A DNA stretch of 64,000 nt from Somniosus microcephalus. Lineage: Eukaryota. Made by a program: the position numbers and the translations under genes. This document shows positions 50,902 to 64,000 of this stretch, piece by piece (positions within the stretch are counted from its first letter, which is position 1; every line of letters begins with the position of its first letter). Below the pieces are notes generated by a model. It was not told the origin of the DNA. It was given only the letters and a program-made list of their open reading frames with translations, and ran no database searches. The DNA is taken from NCBI GenBank assembly GCA_052327205.1, contig JBMRGM010000043.1:31496001-31560000 (forward strand), read 5' to 3'.

Positions 50902-53322
50902 GTAAGTCCGAGAATTTTTTATATAAATAAGACATCGTGATACCCCTGAATATTTCTGTATAGCTGAATTAAATGTGGTAAATGTTTGTGCGGTAGATTT
51001 TTAACTTGCTTTGAGCTTAAATCTGGCATTGGTATCAACTGCCTATTATAGAAATCGTCTCATTGTATTTCATTTGAATTCAATGGGATTGAAAATCATT
51101 TGCTTTCTACAACCGGAGCCAGTTCCGCGATGCCATTTTTAAGCCGGGTGGCAAGTTGAAAATATGTCCCTTTGACTATAGGCATCAATAGTAGCTCGCA
51201 CTCACACTATTATACTCTCTGCAGTCTGGAAGAAGTGATCTTTTTTCTAATTTATGTCAGTTGTACCTAAACTTCCTAGCCTAAAATGAGTGAAATTCGC
51301 CCTGCATGGTTCAGTAAAAGGGACAATTACAAATCGTTTTACAGTCCACACGAAATTAGATTCCAGTGACTTGTGAAAGATTTTGTGAAGAAGACTTTAT
51401 ACCCCAAACTCTCCATCACTCAGTGAGCTTGGCCATTCTTCAATCCTCACATTTAATCATCATGTAAATCACAGGGAACTGAAGCATTCTCGGATTAGTA
51501 ACATTCAAAGAGTGACTATCTCAGACAGTGCTCCATTTAACTGAACACGCTTTTCTGGATACAGTTCTAAATTTAGTAGCCTTGAAACCTTTTGTTGGGA
51601 GCGAATATCTCGTCCCCTTGTGAATCCAGTCACAGATTGTTGGTCGACTCTACTATACTGGAACTCTTTCCACATGTGTTTCAACCTCTTACTGAAAGTT
51701 GCTTGAAATTCCGATATGCTTCCATGGCCCTCAATTTGAACCTGTAGTACAATCTTCTTGAGCTTCGGTATAAACACATATCTGTATACAAAATCACCAA
51801 TCCACTCATTATCATAAATAGTTTTGCCAAAAACTTCTCACTCTTCTTTCAAGACTGCACTTTATCAAAATACTCTAACTCCTTTCAAGGCTCTGTCTCA
51901 CAGGTTTTGGAACCAACCTTCTGTCTCAGCTGTAATATTCAGGAAGAGTCTAGTATGTTTTTTTAAATGAAAATGATATAAAAATTGTACTCCCTGCGCC
52001 AGATGTGGGAAATCTGCTGGGCAGAACACAGAAAGGAAGATCTGGTGGGAAGGATCTCTTGCTGAAAGCAGCAATGCTTGATTTCTGTTCCATTAAGTAC
52101 CGTGAATGGAAAATCTGGCGTGTTGTGTTAAGGATGTGTGAAACTCTGCACCACATTCTCCTCTTTGCGTTCCTTCAACATGATTCTTAAAAAAAATGGC
52201 AGGAAAAAACATTTTACCCCATGAACTTGCAAAAATACCAACTAACATTTTAAGGTGATCTTGATTTATAAGTTACACGGTTGTGATGTATCTCAATATT
52301 CCCTACACTTTCCTAATTCCCTTTCAACTCTGCACCCACAGTTTTTCCAAACAGATACCCAAATATCAAAGTTACAATCTTCCAATTATTCGGTATTGAC
52401 ATCTCCCTTCCATTCAGGACACAATCGTGTGAAGTTCATTTTATGGTGGAGTTGAAAACAGCTGCTAATGGATCGCTGGCCACTTTTACCCACCGCCTGA
52501 CTTTGTTTCCAAATTCAGCTGAAGTGTAAACCGAGTGGTTAATCCTCTACCGCCCGCTTTCTGCTGGATGGTAAAAGTGAATATTAACATCAACTTTCCA
52601 ACTTGCCGCTCCAGAATAAACTGGCATTATTGTCAGCCATCCATTAGAGATAGCGCCCGATTTTCCTTTGAATTAATTTCGAATTTAGAATAATGCGGCG
52701 AGTGCTGTTACTGGGCTTCGATTCCTCCACCAGATTTTTCAATTCTGTACTTGTCCCAGTTGATTCTTACTGCCCAGGCGGTAATGTCGATCATATACAC
52801 ACCTCCAGCTGTCACTCTTAACAGTTAACAATCTTCAACGATGAGCAGTATAACTTCATCTGGGGCCACAGCACACAGCGAGCACTCGTGAAAACGTGTC
52901 GCTTTTTGGACTCGCCGATTTGAATTTCCATAAATTATAATGATTCAAAAATGATCTGGAGGACTTCTAAACGGACATCCATTTCGCTACCTCTCGCTTT
53001 GAGCTGTCTTCAAGGACCAAATTCAACTCCAGTTAATCAAGTTGAGTGAACACTGGAAAATTTCAGTGAGATCATTCAGGATCTGCTGAGACTAGGTCTT
53101 CAGACCCCTTGGGAGGAAAGTGCCAGAGCCCGGGCCCCTGTCTACCTTGAGCTTCTTCAACTTATCCAATTGATGTGGCCTTGCGATTTTAAAGAATTGT
53201 CTCTTGTAAACTGCTTGCTGATTTTTGACAATTAATCTACGATTTCATTTTATTTAAAAGTGATAGTTCCGTTGTTGGTGATTATTGTTAACTTTAATCT
53301 CTGAAAACATATCTGCACCAAG

Positions 53323-53408
53323 GGAGACAACTAGAAACAGACCTCCAGGTGAAGAGAAGTCTGCAGACAATTCCGAGTATGCAGCTGTGGAATCAGCGCA
53401 AAGCACCG
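53323..53408 (+). CDS. Copy B cytoplasmic exon 2 with ITIM-like SEYAAV
   Basis: 86 nt, phase 2-1, ETTRNRPPGEEKSADNSEYAAVESAQST, GTAAGC donor. Confidence 0.65.
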
Positions 53409-53785
53409 GTAAGCTCGACCTAATCTGCATGTGATGAACCGTAGATTGTTCGGGGTAACATTTCCAGCGGGAGCACTCAATACCGTTATGGCTTCGGTGG
53501 AAGATCAGCGAAATCTCCAGACAGATGAGCCTTTCTGCAAGTTTTCAACCGAAATTCCACAGAAGTTACGACGAGGCTCTGGGAAAAGCCACATAGAAAT
53601 TCTATTTCCTCATCTGCGTACATTCAACACAATATAGCGTTAGATTTTCCCCTTCACCGTCTGGACTTTCAGCATCAATATCTCTAACAATTTCTCAAAG
53701 TCTATGTCAAGTCTATTTCTATGTCTCTGCCTATGTCTATGTCTCTGTCTATCTCCAGCTCTATGCCGAAATCTATGTCTACCTC

Positions 53786-54908
53786 AAAAAGAAAATACTG
53801 CAGCTGCTGGAAATCTGAAATAAGAACAGTAAATACTGGAGATACTCAGCAGGTCAGGCAGCATCTGTGAAGAGAGAAACAGAGTTAACGTTTCAGGTCG
53901 ATGACCTTTCATCAGAACTGGAAAAAAGCAGGAAACAGAACAGATTTATAAGCAAATGTAGGAGCTGGGAAAGGGGGGAGGGTATGAAAGAACAAAAGGG
54001 AAGGTCTGTGATAGGATAGAAGGCTGGAGAGGTTAAGAGACATTAAGAGATATTCAAGGCAAAAGGAATTCGTAATGGGGCAGGTTAAGGAATAAAGGAT
54101 GGCTCTAGATGAAGTGTAAATTGCGCTGGCAGAATGAAAGACAGTTGCCATGTGTGAGGGAAGAACAGAAGGCACAAACAAAAAATGTGGATAAATCATA
54201 TATATCTGATAGAGGCCGAGGTTATGTTCTGAAATTGTTGAACTCGATATTGAGTCCGGAAGGCTGTAAAGTGCCTAATCGGAAGATGAGGTGCTGTTCC
54301 TCGAGCTTACGCTGAGCTTCCATGGAACAATGCAAGAGGCCGAGGATGGTGAGGTCTGAGTGGAAATGGAGCGGTGAATTAAAGTGACAGGCGGCCGGAA
54401 GCTCGGGGTAACCCTTAAGGACTGAACGGAGGTGTTCCCCAAAGCGGTCAACCAATCTGTGTTTGGTCTCCCCAATGTAGATGAGACCACATCGTGGGCA
54501 GTGAATACAGTATACTAGATTGCAGGAAGTACAAGTAAATCGCTGTTTCACCTGGAAGGGGTGTTTGGGGCCCTGGACAGTGGGAAGGGAGGAGGTAAAA
54601 GGGCATGTGTTGCAAATCCTGCACTTTCATGGGAAGGTGCCGGGCGAAGGGGAAGGGGTATTGGGGTTGATACAGGAGTGGACAAGGGAGTCGGGGAGGG
54701 AGCCGTCCCTTCAGAATGCTGAAAGTGGAGGTGAGGGGGAAGATGTGTTTGGTGGTGGGATCACGCTGGAGGTGGTGGACATAGTGGAGGATGATCCGTT
54801 GAATGTGGAGGCTGGCGGTGAAAGGTGAGGACAAGTGGAACTCTATCGTGGTTCTGGGAGGGAGGGGCAGGGGTGAGGGCAGGAGTGCGGCAGTTAGAAC
54901 GGACACGG
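53786..54908 (-). mobile_element. Penelope-like retroelement 3' fragment (second family)
   Basis: GIY-YIG ORF 54222-54551 (CNLVYCIHCPRCGLIYIGETKHRLVDRFGEH...GLN); 14-bp TSD tctatgtc(t/a)acctc at 53772-53785 and 54909-54922. Confidence 0.9.
53884..53918 (-). ncRNA. Minimal type I hammerhead ribozyme motif
   Basis: Minus strand GTT-CTGATGA-aAGGTCatcGACCT-GAAAC-GTT-AAC: intact core, stem II, palindromic AACGTT. Confidence 0.75.
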
Positions 54909-56328
54909 TCTATGTCAACCTCCATCACTATGTCTATAACTATCTCCATGCCTATGTCTAGCTCTACCTTTATATCTCTATCTCTATCTCCACGTCCAAC
55001 TCTCTTATCTATATCTCTCTGTATATCCTAGTCTCTTGCATTCAATCTCACTCTATTGCTCTAACTCTCTATCCTTTGTACCTATCTATCTCTATCTCTC
55101 TATCTGTCTGTATATATCCATTTCTATCTCTATCTCTCCTCTCTCTATGGGCTGGATTTTTCGATCGGAGCCTTCCTGCGGATGGAGGCCTCCGATCGGA
55201 AAATATATAACATATAAGAACTTATCTGCTGGCTGCATAGGTCCCTCGACTTCCGATCCTGGGCCTCTGCTCTACGAAATATGCAGAGGCCCAGTTATCT
55301 CAGGGGTGCAGGCGGTTCGCAAGCGTCCCTGGGATCACGTGGGCCATGGGGAGTGGGCCATGGGGAAACAGTCAAAGATGGGAAACCCCCTTCACACTTT
55401 TGAAAGGTCTCTACTCACAGATCTTTCAAAAGTATGAAAGGGGATCACTTACAAATAAGTTAAACATTATTGTTTTTCAAATCCCTTTTTAAAAATTAGT
55501 TAAAATTACATTAAATTAAATATTTTGAAGAAAAATTTGTTTTTGAAAAAAATATAGTTTTTTAAGGAGGTATTATAAATACCTACATTATAAATGTGAA
55601 AAAATAATCATTTTTTGTTTTAATTTCTTATGCTGGTGAAAGCAAGCATTACACCTGTGTTTACCAGGCGTAAGATTTTGAAAGCTTTTCAGCAGGCAGA
55701 AGTTGTGCAGAAAGCGGAATTCTTCACCGGCGGAGGTCCTTTTCCCGGGCAGGTGGAGGATCTGTTAAGAAAATTCTTGACAGATCGGATGAGCCGGGTT
55801 TTAATGCATGCGCTTCACATGCCTGAAACTGGCACTTGCGAGGTCCCTACAGGTGAGTGCACAACTCGTACATACCCGGTGTGGGAAAACCGGCCCCATA
55901 TCTCTAACACTATCTCAATGACCAAGTCTATGTCTAGCCGACTTCTGCATATTTGTCCATGTCTATGTCTGTGTCTATCTCGAGCTCGATGTGGATATCT
56001 ATGACTACCTCCATCACCATGTCTATAACTATCTCCATGCCTATGCCTAGCTCTACCTACATATCGCTATCTCTATCTCGACACCCATTGACCTCTCCTA
56101 TCTATATATCTTTGTATATCCCAGTCTCTCATTCTATCTGTATCCCTCACTTTAAATCAACATCTCTCTATACCTCTAACTCTCTATCACTATGTACCTA
56201 TCTATCTCTATCTCTCTATCTCTGTATCTCTCTCTGTACCTCTCTATATCTGTCTAAACCCATTTCTATTACTATCTCTTCTATCTCTTTGTATATCAAA
56301 GACTCTCTCCCTATACATATATACATAC

Positions 56329-56360
<32 letters not shown>

Positions 56361-59300
56361 ATAATATACCTCTATTGGTATCACTATGCACGTTATTTAT
56401 TTCTATCGCTATCTCTTGCTCCAGTTCGTTGTCTGAGATTCTCCATCATTATATCCATTTCAATACCCTCTCTGCCCATGTGCATATCTCTATCTATGCT
56501 GATTAATATTTGTATCTCAATCTCTGTGTCGATCTCTAGCACTAGCTAAATCTCTAATACCTCTAACTTCTTCCCTCCAATCTCCATCTCAATGTATATC
56601 CCAGTTGCTCTCATTCTACCAGTATTTCACACACTATTTCTATGTATCTCTATTTCTATCGATCTATCTCTCTATCTATGTCTCCCTATCGCTATCTCTA
56701 TCTACCTAACTGTATATATCTTTATTTATCTCTGTCTCTCTACCTCTCCATTTCTCTATCACACTCTCTATCTATGTCCAGTTAGAACTCTACCGATATC
56801 TCACTTATCTCTACCTCTACGCCAATCTCTTTCTACATATTTATATAGCTCTATTTGTATCAAATCATTTATCTGTATCTCCATGTCTATCTCTCATTCA
56901 TTCTCTACCAATATCTCCAAACTTATGTCGGTCTCAATCCGTTCTCTTCCTCTGTGCCTATCACAACCTATGTTGTTTAACATCCCTCTTTCTCTGTATT
57001 CTGTATCTATCTCTATTTTTATAAATATCTCTGCCTGTATCTCAATCTCCATCTATAATCTATAATCTCTATCTCCGTCTCTAATCTGTCATTAATCTCT
57101 GATATTTCAGTAGTATCCTTATTCACACCTGCTGATTGCTAAACTGTGTAAATCCTTAATTAAGTGAGATGCATTTCCACAGAAAGAAAACGTGCAATAC
57201 GTAGAGGAAACAGGAAGTTAAATTACGAAATGTTTTAGTTACTTTACTTGGTGACTCTGAAGAGCCGAGATGGTTTTACTTATCCACCACTCAATTGACC
57301 GAAAAAAAGTGATCTTACTGTCCTTAAAAATCTCATTATTAATCCTTATATTCGATCAGATAATTATTTCTTTGTCAAAATATATCAAACGAGTAATAGA
57401 AATGGGTTTAAATCTGCAATACAATTGTGAATATTGCATTGATAGAATGTTAATTTCCTTTCATGGAAAGTTTGAATCTTCTGACTATTACGTGGCTCCT
57501 GTGACATGAATCATCAACAATTGGAAGGGAATCGAGAGCCTTGGCCCTAAAGAAAAATACAGATGTTCGGAGTCTGTAGGAAACTACATAACCTTCCACA
57601 GGCAATAATTGAAGCAAGCATGTTATCCCTACAATTGACTAAAGAAGGTTATTGCAAGGGGAGCACCTCATTTCTGGACGTTCACTCAAAACAAAAGCTC
57701 TGCAATCGTCACGTTTTAACCAAGATTAGGATATTTCTTCTCAAGATCCTGTATGTACAGTACATGATTCATCTCTCTGTTGTATACAGCAGTTGATTGA
57801 TTATCACAGAGAATAAGGCACCCAACTCGAACAACTTAAGCATCTGTTTGTGGATGTAGATGCCAGAATGTCAATGACCGATTGAAACCTTTGGTAAACT
57901 AGCTTCCTGACTGTGATTGGAGTATTTCCATTCGGACCTAAATGTCTTTCTATTGCTTGGACATTTCGCTTGTATACACCAGATTAATAACTGCTCATGT
58001 CCCAGGTGTTGAGGGACTTCTTCTGATTGATGCATTTCGCCTGGAATTTTCGTATTGGTACTAATTGGTTGCTTATAACTCGGGTTTATCATTTCAGCTA
58101 ATGACCAATTGGATTAAGTTTTTTATATAATCCTGATCCTTTCTTAAGCTTACTGAATATTTGTTACTGGAATAAGTCTCTGCTGGACAATATCTTTCAG
58201 AGTCATGTTTCCTTGAATATAACATATTGACGTCGGAGAACACTGATTGATTGATTTTAACTTGAGGGTTTCATTTCAGCTCCTGATCAGTTGGGTTCGG
58301 GCCTCGATAGTTTCAGGTAAAAGCCGATTGGCTGAATGTAACCTTGGCGCTGTCTTTTGGCAGCTGAACATTTAATTCTAACCGGAATAATTCTCTGTTG
58401 CCGCCTTCTATCAGTTTCGGAATATCCGAACATTTCTTATGGAATTCGGAGAAAACTGATTGATTGATTGTTTCCACAGTTGGCTCTACCAAATTAACAA
58501 TAATCGGCATTACTATTGCAGCACTTATCATCAGGAGAGTATAATCAACCCGACTGGAGACTGTTCCCTATTACGGAATGAACAACACAATACTTAGCGC
58601 ATTCTGCATCTCAATGGCAGGTGGAATCAACGTCTGAGGAAGGGAAGATTCTGACTGATCTATAACATGAATCGTTCTTCTTACAATAGAATTAAGTAGA
58701 TGAATTATTAACGATTAGAAAGACTAAACAGGAAAGATCGGCGTTGGCTATTGTTGAACACACAGGGGGAAGGGGTCGAATCAATGGTTGAAAGGGTGAA
58801 GAAGCACGAAGTTTTGAACTTAAGCATAATGTGAAGATGCCGTGTTTCATTTTTTGAACATGAGCGCCGGGTGTGATACATTTGTTTAGTAAACCTTCCT
58901 GTATCTACCATGTCTAGACTCACTTAAAGTGATGGAAATGGCCTCTTGTATGTTTAACGCTGGTTTATGTGAAACTGTTGCACCAGTTAATCTAGGCACA
59001 GTAACTGACTTACAGGAATTCAACAGCGGTACAGGTGATTTACTAATAGTTTGAGTCAAGCACAAGTTCAGATGGATGAAAGCATAAATGAAGGCAACGC
59101 TATTGATTAGAGGGGAGAATGATATTGAAGCATACTTAATCGCTACTCACTGATTGTTGTGGTGTTAATGATTCACAGCATACTAGGTTCCCCACAGCAA
59201 GAGGAAGGCAGGATTGATGCTTGACCCATGGCGTTTTTAAAGCCTTGAAGAAAGACTGGGGAGGATAGTATTTTGTGATTGAATGAGGAGGAGAACTGAT

Positions 59301-61244
59301 GATTCGCAGACAGACTGCATTCTACAGACTCGAACAATAGTATTATCCTTTGCACTTAAAATCGAGAAAAAGGGACATTGACGAGGTTTCATTGGTTTAT
59401 CACGCATTAGTAACAATATTAATTTTTAAATAAGAACAACGAAACTGCATAAATATAATGATCATTGCTATTCAGGTTGTTGCTAGATAATTGATATTCT
59501 GGTGATGCTTAGGACAGTAGCGGAATTATTGATTGTCAGCCAGCCTGCTCAGGGATATGAATTGTCTAAATAAAATAGAAGCAGATAAAGTGAATGAATT
59601 GCAGGCAGGTTGTGGATGAAAGTTATTACCAGCTTGCAAATACTAGGACACCTGATGTATATTTTCAGAACTAGCAATGTAGAGGTTTGATGCCAGAATG
59701 AGAGCAGGAACTAATAGCGAGACAGGAGAAAGCGACAATATTGGAGTTTGAGCTCTACTTTGCACGGGATTTTATGGTCAGCGAGCTCCCACTGGCAGAA
59801 TAGATAACAGATTGAACGGAGACATTGCTCTATTCATAGATTATTTGGGCAGGAGACGTACATGTTGATGGACTCATGTACTCTGAAACTTCGCCAGGAA
59901 ATCAGAGGGATACTGTGGGGAAGTGAGTGTGTGTGTGATATTGATAGGTAATGGAAAAGCACGATCGGGGATTTGCATACACTGAGACGAGGTAATCTAC
60001 TGCTGGGTGACAGATATATTGTAAACGTAAACCCCTGGTGATTTCTAGGCCTATTGCTCGGGGCATTACTTGTGTACAAAGCAGTGCTTTTAATAGTGAA
60101 TGACAAATGTCCTACACCAGGCGATGAGCCACCATTGTCACTGCACACAGGTTTGAAGAAGTCTATTTCTGTGATTTTAATCAGGGGAGAGTTATTACTG
60201 ATGACTGACATTCTGGTGTGGGGGGAGTGTCTGTAATTAAGGCATGTGTTGGTTACCAGCTTCACTTTGACACGGATATTCAGAGTTCACCCCTTCATTG
60301 GAAAGTTTCTGACGTACAATGAATAGGTTGCAGTGTTAAATAAACAACTGAGCTTGTTTTATAATTGTAGACTCTGTTTCGATTGGCAGCTCAGAAAAAT
60401 CTAAAGAGCTAAAATCAATTAATTGCTCCTTATAACGAATAAAATTAGTAAATGTATCCTTGCTATTGAAATGCCAGGTGGTTTTTAGACATCTCTGCTG
60501 TGCTTCTGGCCCAACTGAAGGATTTACAACCAATGATCTATTTTCAATTTCGATATGCATACTGCAATAAATAATGAAATGTTGCGATAACTTCAGAAGG
60601 TGGCTTTAATTATTTTACAAACTGAAAGCTGACCAGTACCGGTTCAGGTACTGAATGGCATAATCAAAGGGCAGGACCTGTATAGGTCGCATATGCATCA
60701 GTCCCAGTATTTCATGTAGTATTGACAGTCCTGTACCAGCAGGACACTGTAGGTACTAATCACAGAGCTGTACAAAGAAGGTAGCGTGGTTAATAATCAC
60801 AGATCAGTATCAATAGACTTGTGCAGGTAATAATAAAAGCATGCACCTATATGACAGTGCAGTTGTTAATCAAAATCCTGTACCGGTAGGATAGCGTTGG
60901 TATGATCAGGAATATGTATATTTTGCAGTTTATGTACTGATACCAGGTCTGTAAAATTAGGGCAGTGTCGGTACTAATCACAGACCTGTAACCAGACGGC
61001 ACTGTAAGTACTGATCATAGACCACTACCAATAGGACAGTATATGTACTAGTTATACACGGAATAATCATAGTCATGCACCAGTAGTACAATATAGATAT
61101 TAGTCATAGAACTTTTCCAGTAGAACAATGCCGGAGCTAATCAGAAAAGAGGGTATTATAGTTAATAATTACAGACTAGGACCTCAGCACAGGTACTAAT
61201 CACAGGCCTGTACCAATAGGACAGTTTCGGTGCACATTAGATAA

Positions 61245-61860
61245 CAAAACATATGCGATCCTGTGCTTCACAAAGAGAGGCGTAGAGTGAAAAAGCCAGG
61301 AAGTTAGGCTAAATCAATATAAATCACTGGTTCGTCCCCAGCTAGAATGTTGTTTCCAGTTCTGGGCACCGCACTTTAGGAAGGACGTGAAGTCTTTGGA
61401 GAGGGTGCAGGAGAGATTTATTAGAATGGTTCCAGGGATGAGGGTTTACAGTTACGTGGATAGCCGAGAGCAGCTGGGGTTGTTCTTCTTAGAGCACAAA
61501 AGGCTAAGAGGAGATTTGATAGAGTTCTTTAAAATGATGAAGTATTTAGGTAGACTAAACAAATGACTGAAGCCTCCATAACCAAACGGCAGATAATTAA
61601 GTTGATTGGCAAAAAAAGCAGAGGCGACATGAGGAGAAACTTTTTAACACGAGTGTTTAGGATATTGAATGCATTGCCCAATAGGGTGGTGGATACAGAT
61701 TCAATAGCAGCTTTCAAAAGCGAATTGGATAAATACGTGATGGAGAAACAAACTGCAGGGATATGGGGCAAGAGCAGGGGAGTGGGGCAAACTGGATTGC
61801 TCTTCGAAAGAGCCAGAGCAGACTCGAGGGGACGAATGGCCTCATTCTCTGCTGTACTAC
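61245..61860 (+). mobile_element. CR1-type LINE 3' fragment (paralog of 25640-26280)
   Basis: LVRPQLECCFQFWAPHFRKDV; MRRNFLTRVFRILNALP. Confidence 0.85.
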
Positions 61861-63326
61861 CCTATGCTACTATAAAATAATAGACCCGTGCCAGTAGCAC
61901 AGTATAGATGCAATTTGTAATGCTGGGGCAAATGTTTCACAGTCATACTTAGTAAATGTATTCACAGGCTTATACATCTGCTTATGGCGACACTGATATG
62001 GCTAATAGATTCATACAACACATGCTCAGTAATTAGAATGTTGCACCACAACAATAACAACTTGCATGGATAATTTATTTTAATCATATTCAGCACTGTG
62101 TGGGTAAGATGTTCCATTGCCCTGCATGCCTGCAATTAGATGGCTAAACTTATCTAGAGTGCAAAAATTAATGTTAAAATATAATTAGATTATTCGTTCT
62201 GGTAGAGCAAAGTTAATGGTTACCTGGAGTGAGCCGGGTGGTGGGATTAGATTGGGCAGCTAAAGCAGATACACCAGATGAGCCTGTGTTTAGGCTCCGG
62301 CAATTTGTGAGTTGAATCACCTCTTTGTAATACACCGGGTTAAACTCTCGGGACTTTAATGGTTAATGGTGCCAGAGTGAAACACTTTCAGTGGTCACAG
62401 TTCCCACTGGTACCAGCCCATCACCTCGGTTCCCCCTCTACCGTTGTGCCAAGCCAGCTGGGGTGACCGCTTCCGTAAGACCGTGAGAAAAACAAGCCTT
62501 CCGCCTGGGACCACAGACCAGGCCAGTCTCTGTGTTAACGGTACAAGCTGCGGTTAGAATAAATCATGTTTTAAACAGATTCCAGAGATGTCTCCGGCCT
62601 GTATTCCAAATGTTCGCTTCTGATAAGAATTTATTTTAAAACTGCTTGAGCTCAGTTCACTTTTCAGCGTTAGCGTGGACTCGCCATCGCGGTTTAAGTT
62701 CCCCTTTTATCCACTGTGGTCAGAAGTCACAGTGATCTCAGTGCGCAGTCGCCTGGTGCATGGGCAGTGAGCTCCACAGCTGCAGAGTGCTCCCGGGGAA
62801 CTCGCTCCAGCCGCTGTCTCCTCATTCCCCGTAAGTACAGACTCGGGATCTGCGCGTGTGGGCGTTTGGTACTGAAGAAGTAGAACAGTGTCAGCGGGTA
62901 CAATTGTCGGGAGCAGGACTGGGAAGCGGAACAATGCGCTTGGGAATAGATTGTTCTGTGTTTGACGGAATCAATCTGTTCAGGCGCTCAGTTGAAATGT
63001 TCACCCAAATCTGAATAAATAGAGGCGGCATTGAAACAAAGAAAACAATGATCCATGGGTTTTTAATATTTCACATGGCTCTCTTAAAGGCGAGCGACTA
63101 TCTGCAAAGTGGAATAATGCAATGCTTTAGGGAAAGGGCAGGGGAGTGGGACCAATTAGCAAGTTCTTTCGAAGAACCGGCACAGGCATCAGGGCCGAAT
63201 GACCTCCTTCGGCGCTGTATGATTTTTGATTTCACTTTACAGATAAAAAGAACTGAAAACAGCTGATCCGAAGCGAGCGACTTCACAGAGGGAGGGGAGC
63301 TTCTGCTCGCATCACCCGCTTTCGAA

Positions 63327-63357
63327 ATGAAACACATCTGTTGCCTTCTGATCTTCT
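63327..63357 (+). CDS. Copy C signal-peptide exon S1 (gene continues beyond window)
   Basis: MKHICCLLIF, T/GTAAGT; flanks align with 29575-30270. Confidence 0.8.
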
Positions 63358-64000
63358 GTAAGTGAATCTCAAATATTACCAGTGCCTTTGAAAATCTGCA
63401 TCACTCACCCCGGACCCACAATCAGATTAATAAGGCTCATTGTCTAAAAGGCAGCGACGCTCTAAATTGATATTGACAGTTTCTGAAAGTAAGACATTTA
63501 TTTAAAATGTGTTGAAATATCATTTGTAGGTTTCAGTTTTAAGCTGAATTTAGTGCAACAATGCTACGTTTGATTATGCAGGGTAACAGGATCTTTCTGC
63601 TCATCTAAAGAGATCCACTTTACTATAACAGGTTGCTTCTAAACAGCATAATATTTTTGCTTTACCAATTATCTAGCCTCACCTGCAGAAACTGCTTTCA
63701 AATTTCTAATTCTTGTAGTTTTGCTTATAAGTAGGAATTAACAGTGTTATGCACTTCATATCAAGTGTCAGCGTTGTCCCAGTTGTTTCACTCTTACTAA
63801 ATGCTATTAATAAATGCGGTGAGCTTTGCAGTGCTTGGTCTCTGTGGCTAGCTGTTAAACTTGGTCTAAAGCATTGCTTCATGATTTTCTGTGGCCCAGA
63901 CTGGCTTCTTGTTAAACATCTGCTATAGAGAGACTGGTATAAAGATAGATTTATAGAGAGATAGAGAGGGAGAGACTTTCACACAAACACAAACACACAC

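Larger units (their letters stand above)
29660..53408 (+). pseudogene. FcR/FCRL-like receptor, copy B; partly disabled
   Basis: Leader 29660-29690, mini-exon 32242-32271, Ig exons 33063-33344 (intact), 37061-37308, 40854-41131, 42440/42817-43095 (all damaged), TM 44893-44994, cytoplasmic 50874-50901 and 53323-53408. Confidence 0.85.

Noticed and set aside
51385-52430. Sequence present in B but not A, possibly an insertion
   Set aside because: No clear TSD, termini or coding motif recognised.
55953-57065. Long Ser/Ile/Leu-rich ORFs (198 and 157 aa); similar ORFs at 19609-20322
   Set aside because: Translation of CT/CTAT low-complexity repeat.

Overview
Eukaryotic, vertebrate genomic DNA, most likely from a shark or other elasmobranch (HE1/V-SINE-type and Deu-type SINEs, CR1 and Penelope repeats). 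The window is part of a head-to-tail tandem array (period about 30-36 kb) of multi-exon Ig-superfamily receptor genes resembling Fc receptors/Fc receptor-like (FCRL) proteins, all on the + strand. It holds the 3' part of copy A (six Ig exons, TM exon, two cytoplasmic exons; 143-16700), a ~2 kb collapsed remnant copy (~26700-28900), copy B from leader to cytoplasmic exons (29660-53408) and the leader exon of copy C (63327). Both A and B have several different disabling lesions, but B keeps an intact in-frame path leader-miniexon-Ig-TM-cytoplasm. The receptor pairs an Arg near the start of the TM segment with a cytoplasmic SEYAxV ITIM-like motif. Introns contain a young, near-intact Gypsy element with a self-priming-type PBS nested in a solo LTR, two Penelope elements with minimal hammerhead ribozymes, a 1.25 kb foldback palindrome, MITEs, LINE fragments and SINEs. 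Exon boundaries and lesions were read by hand; family assignments rest on motif recognition, not database searches.
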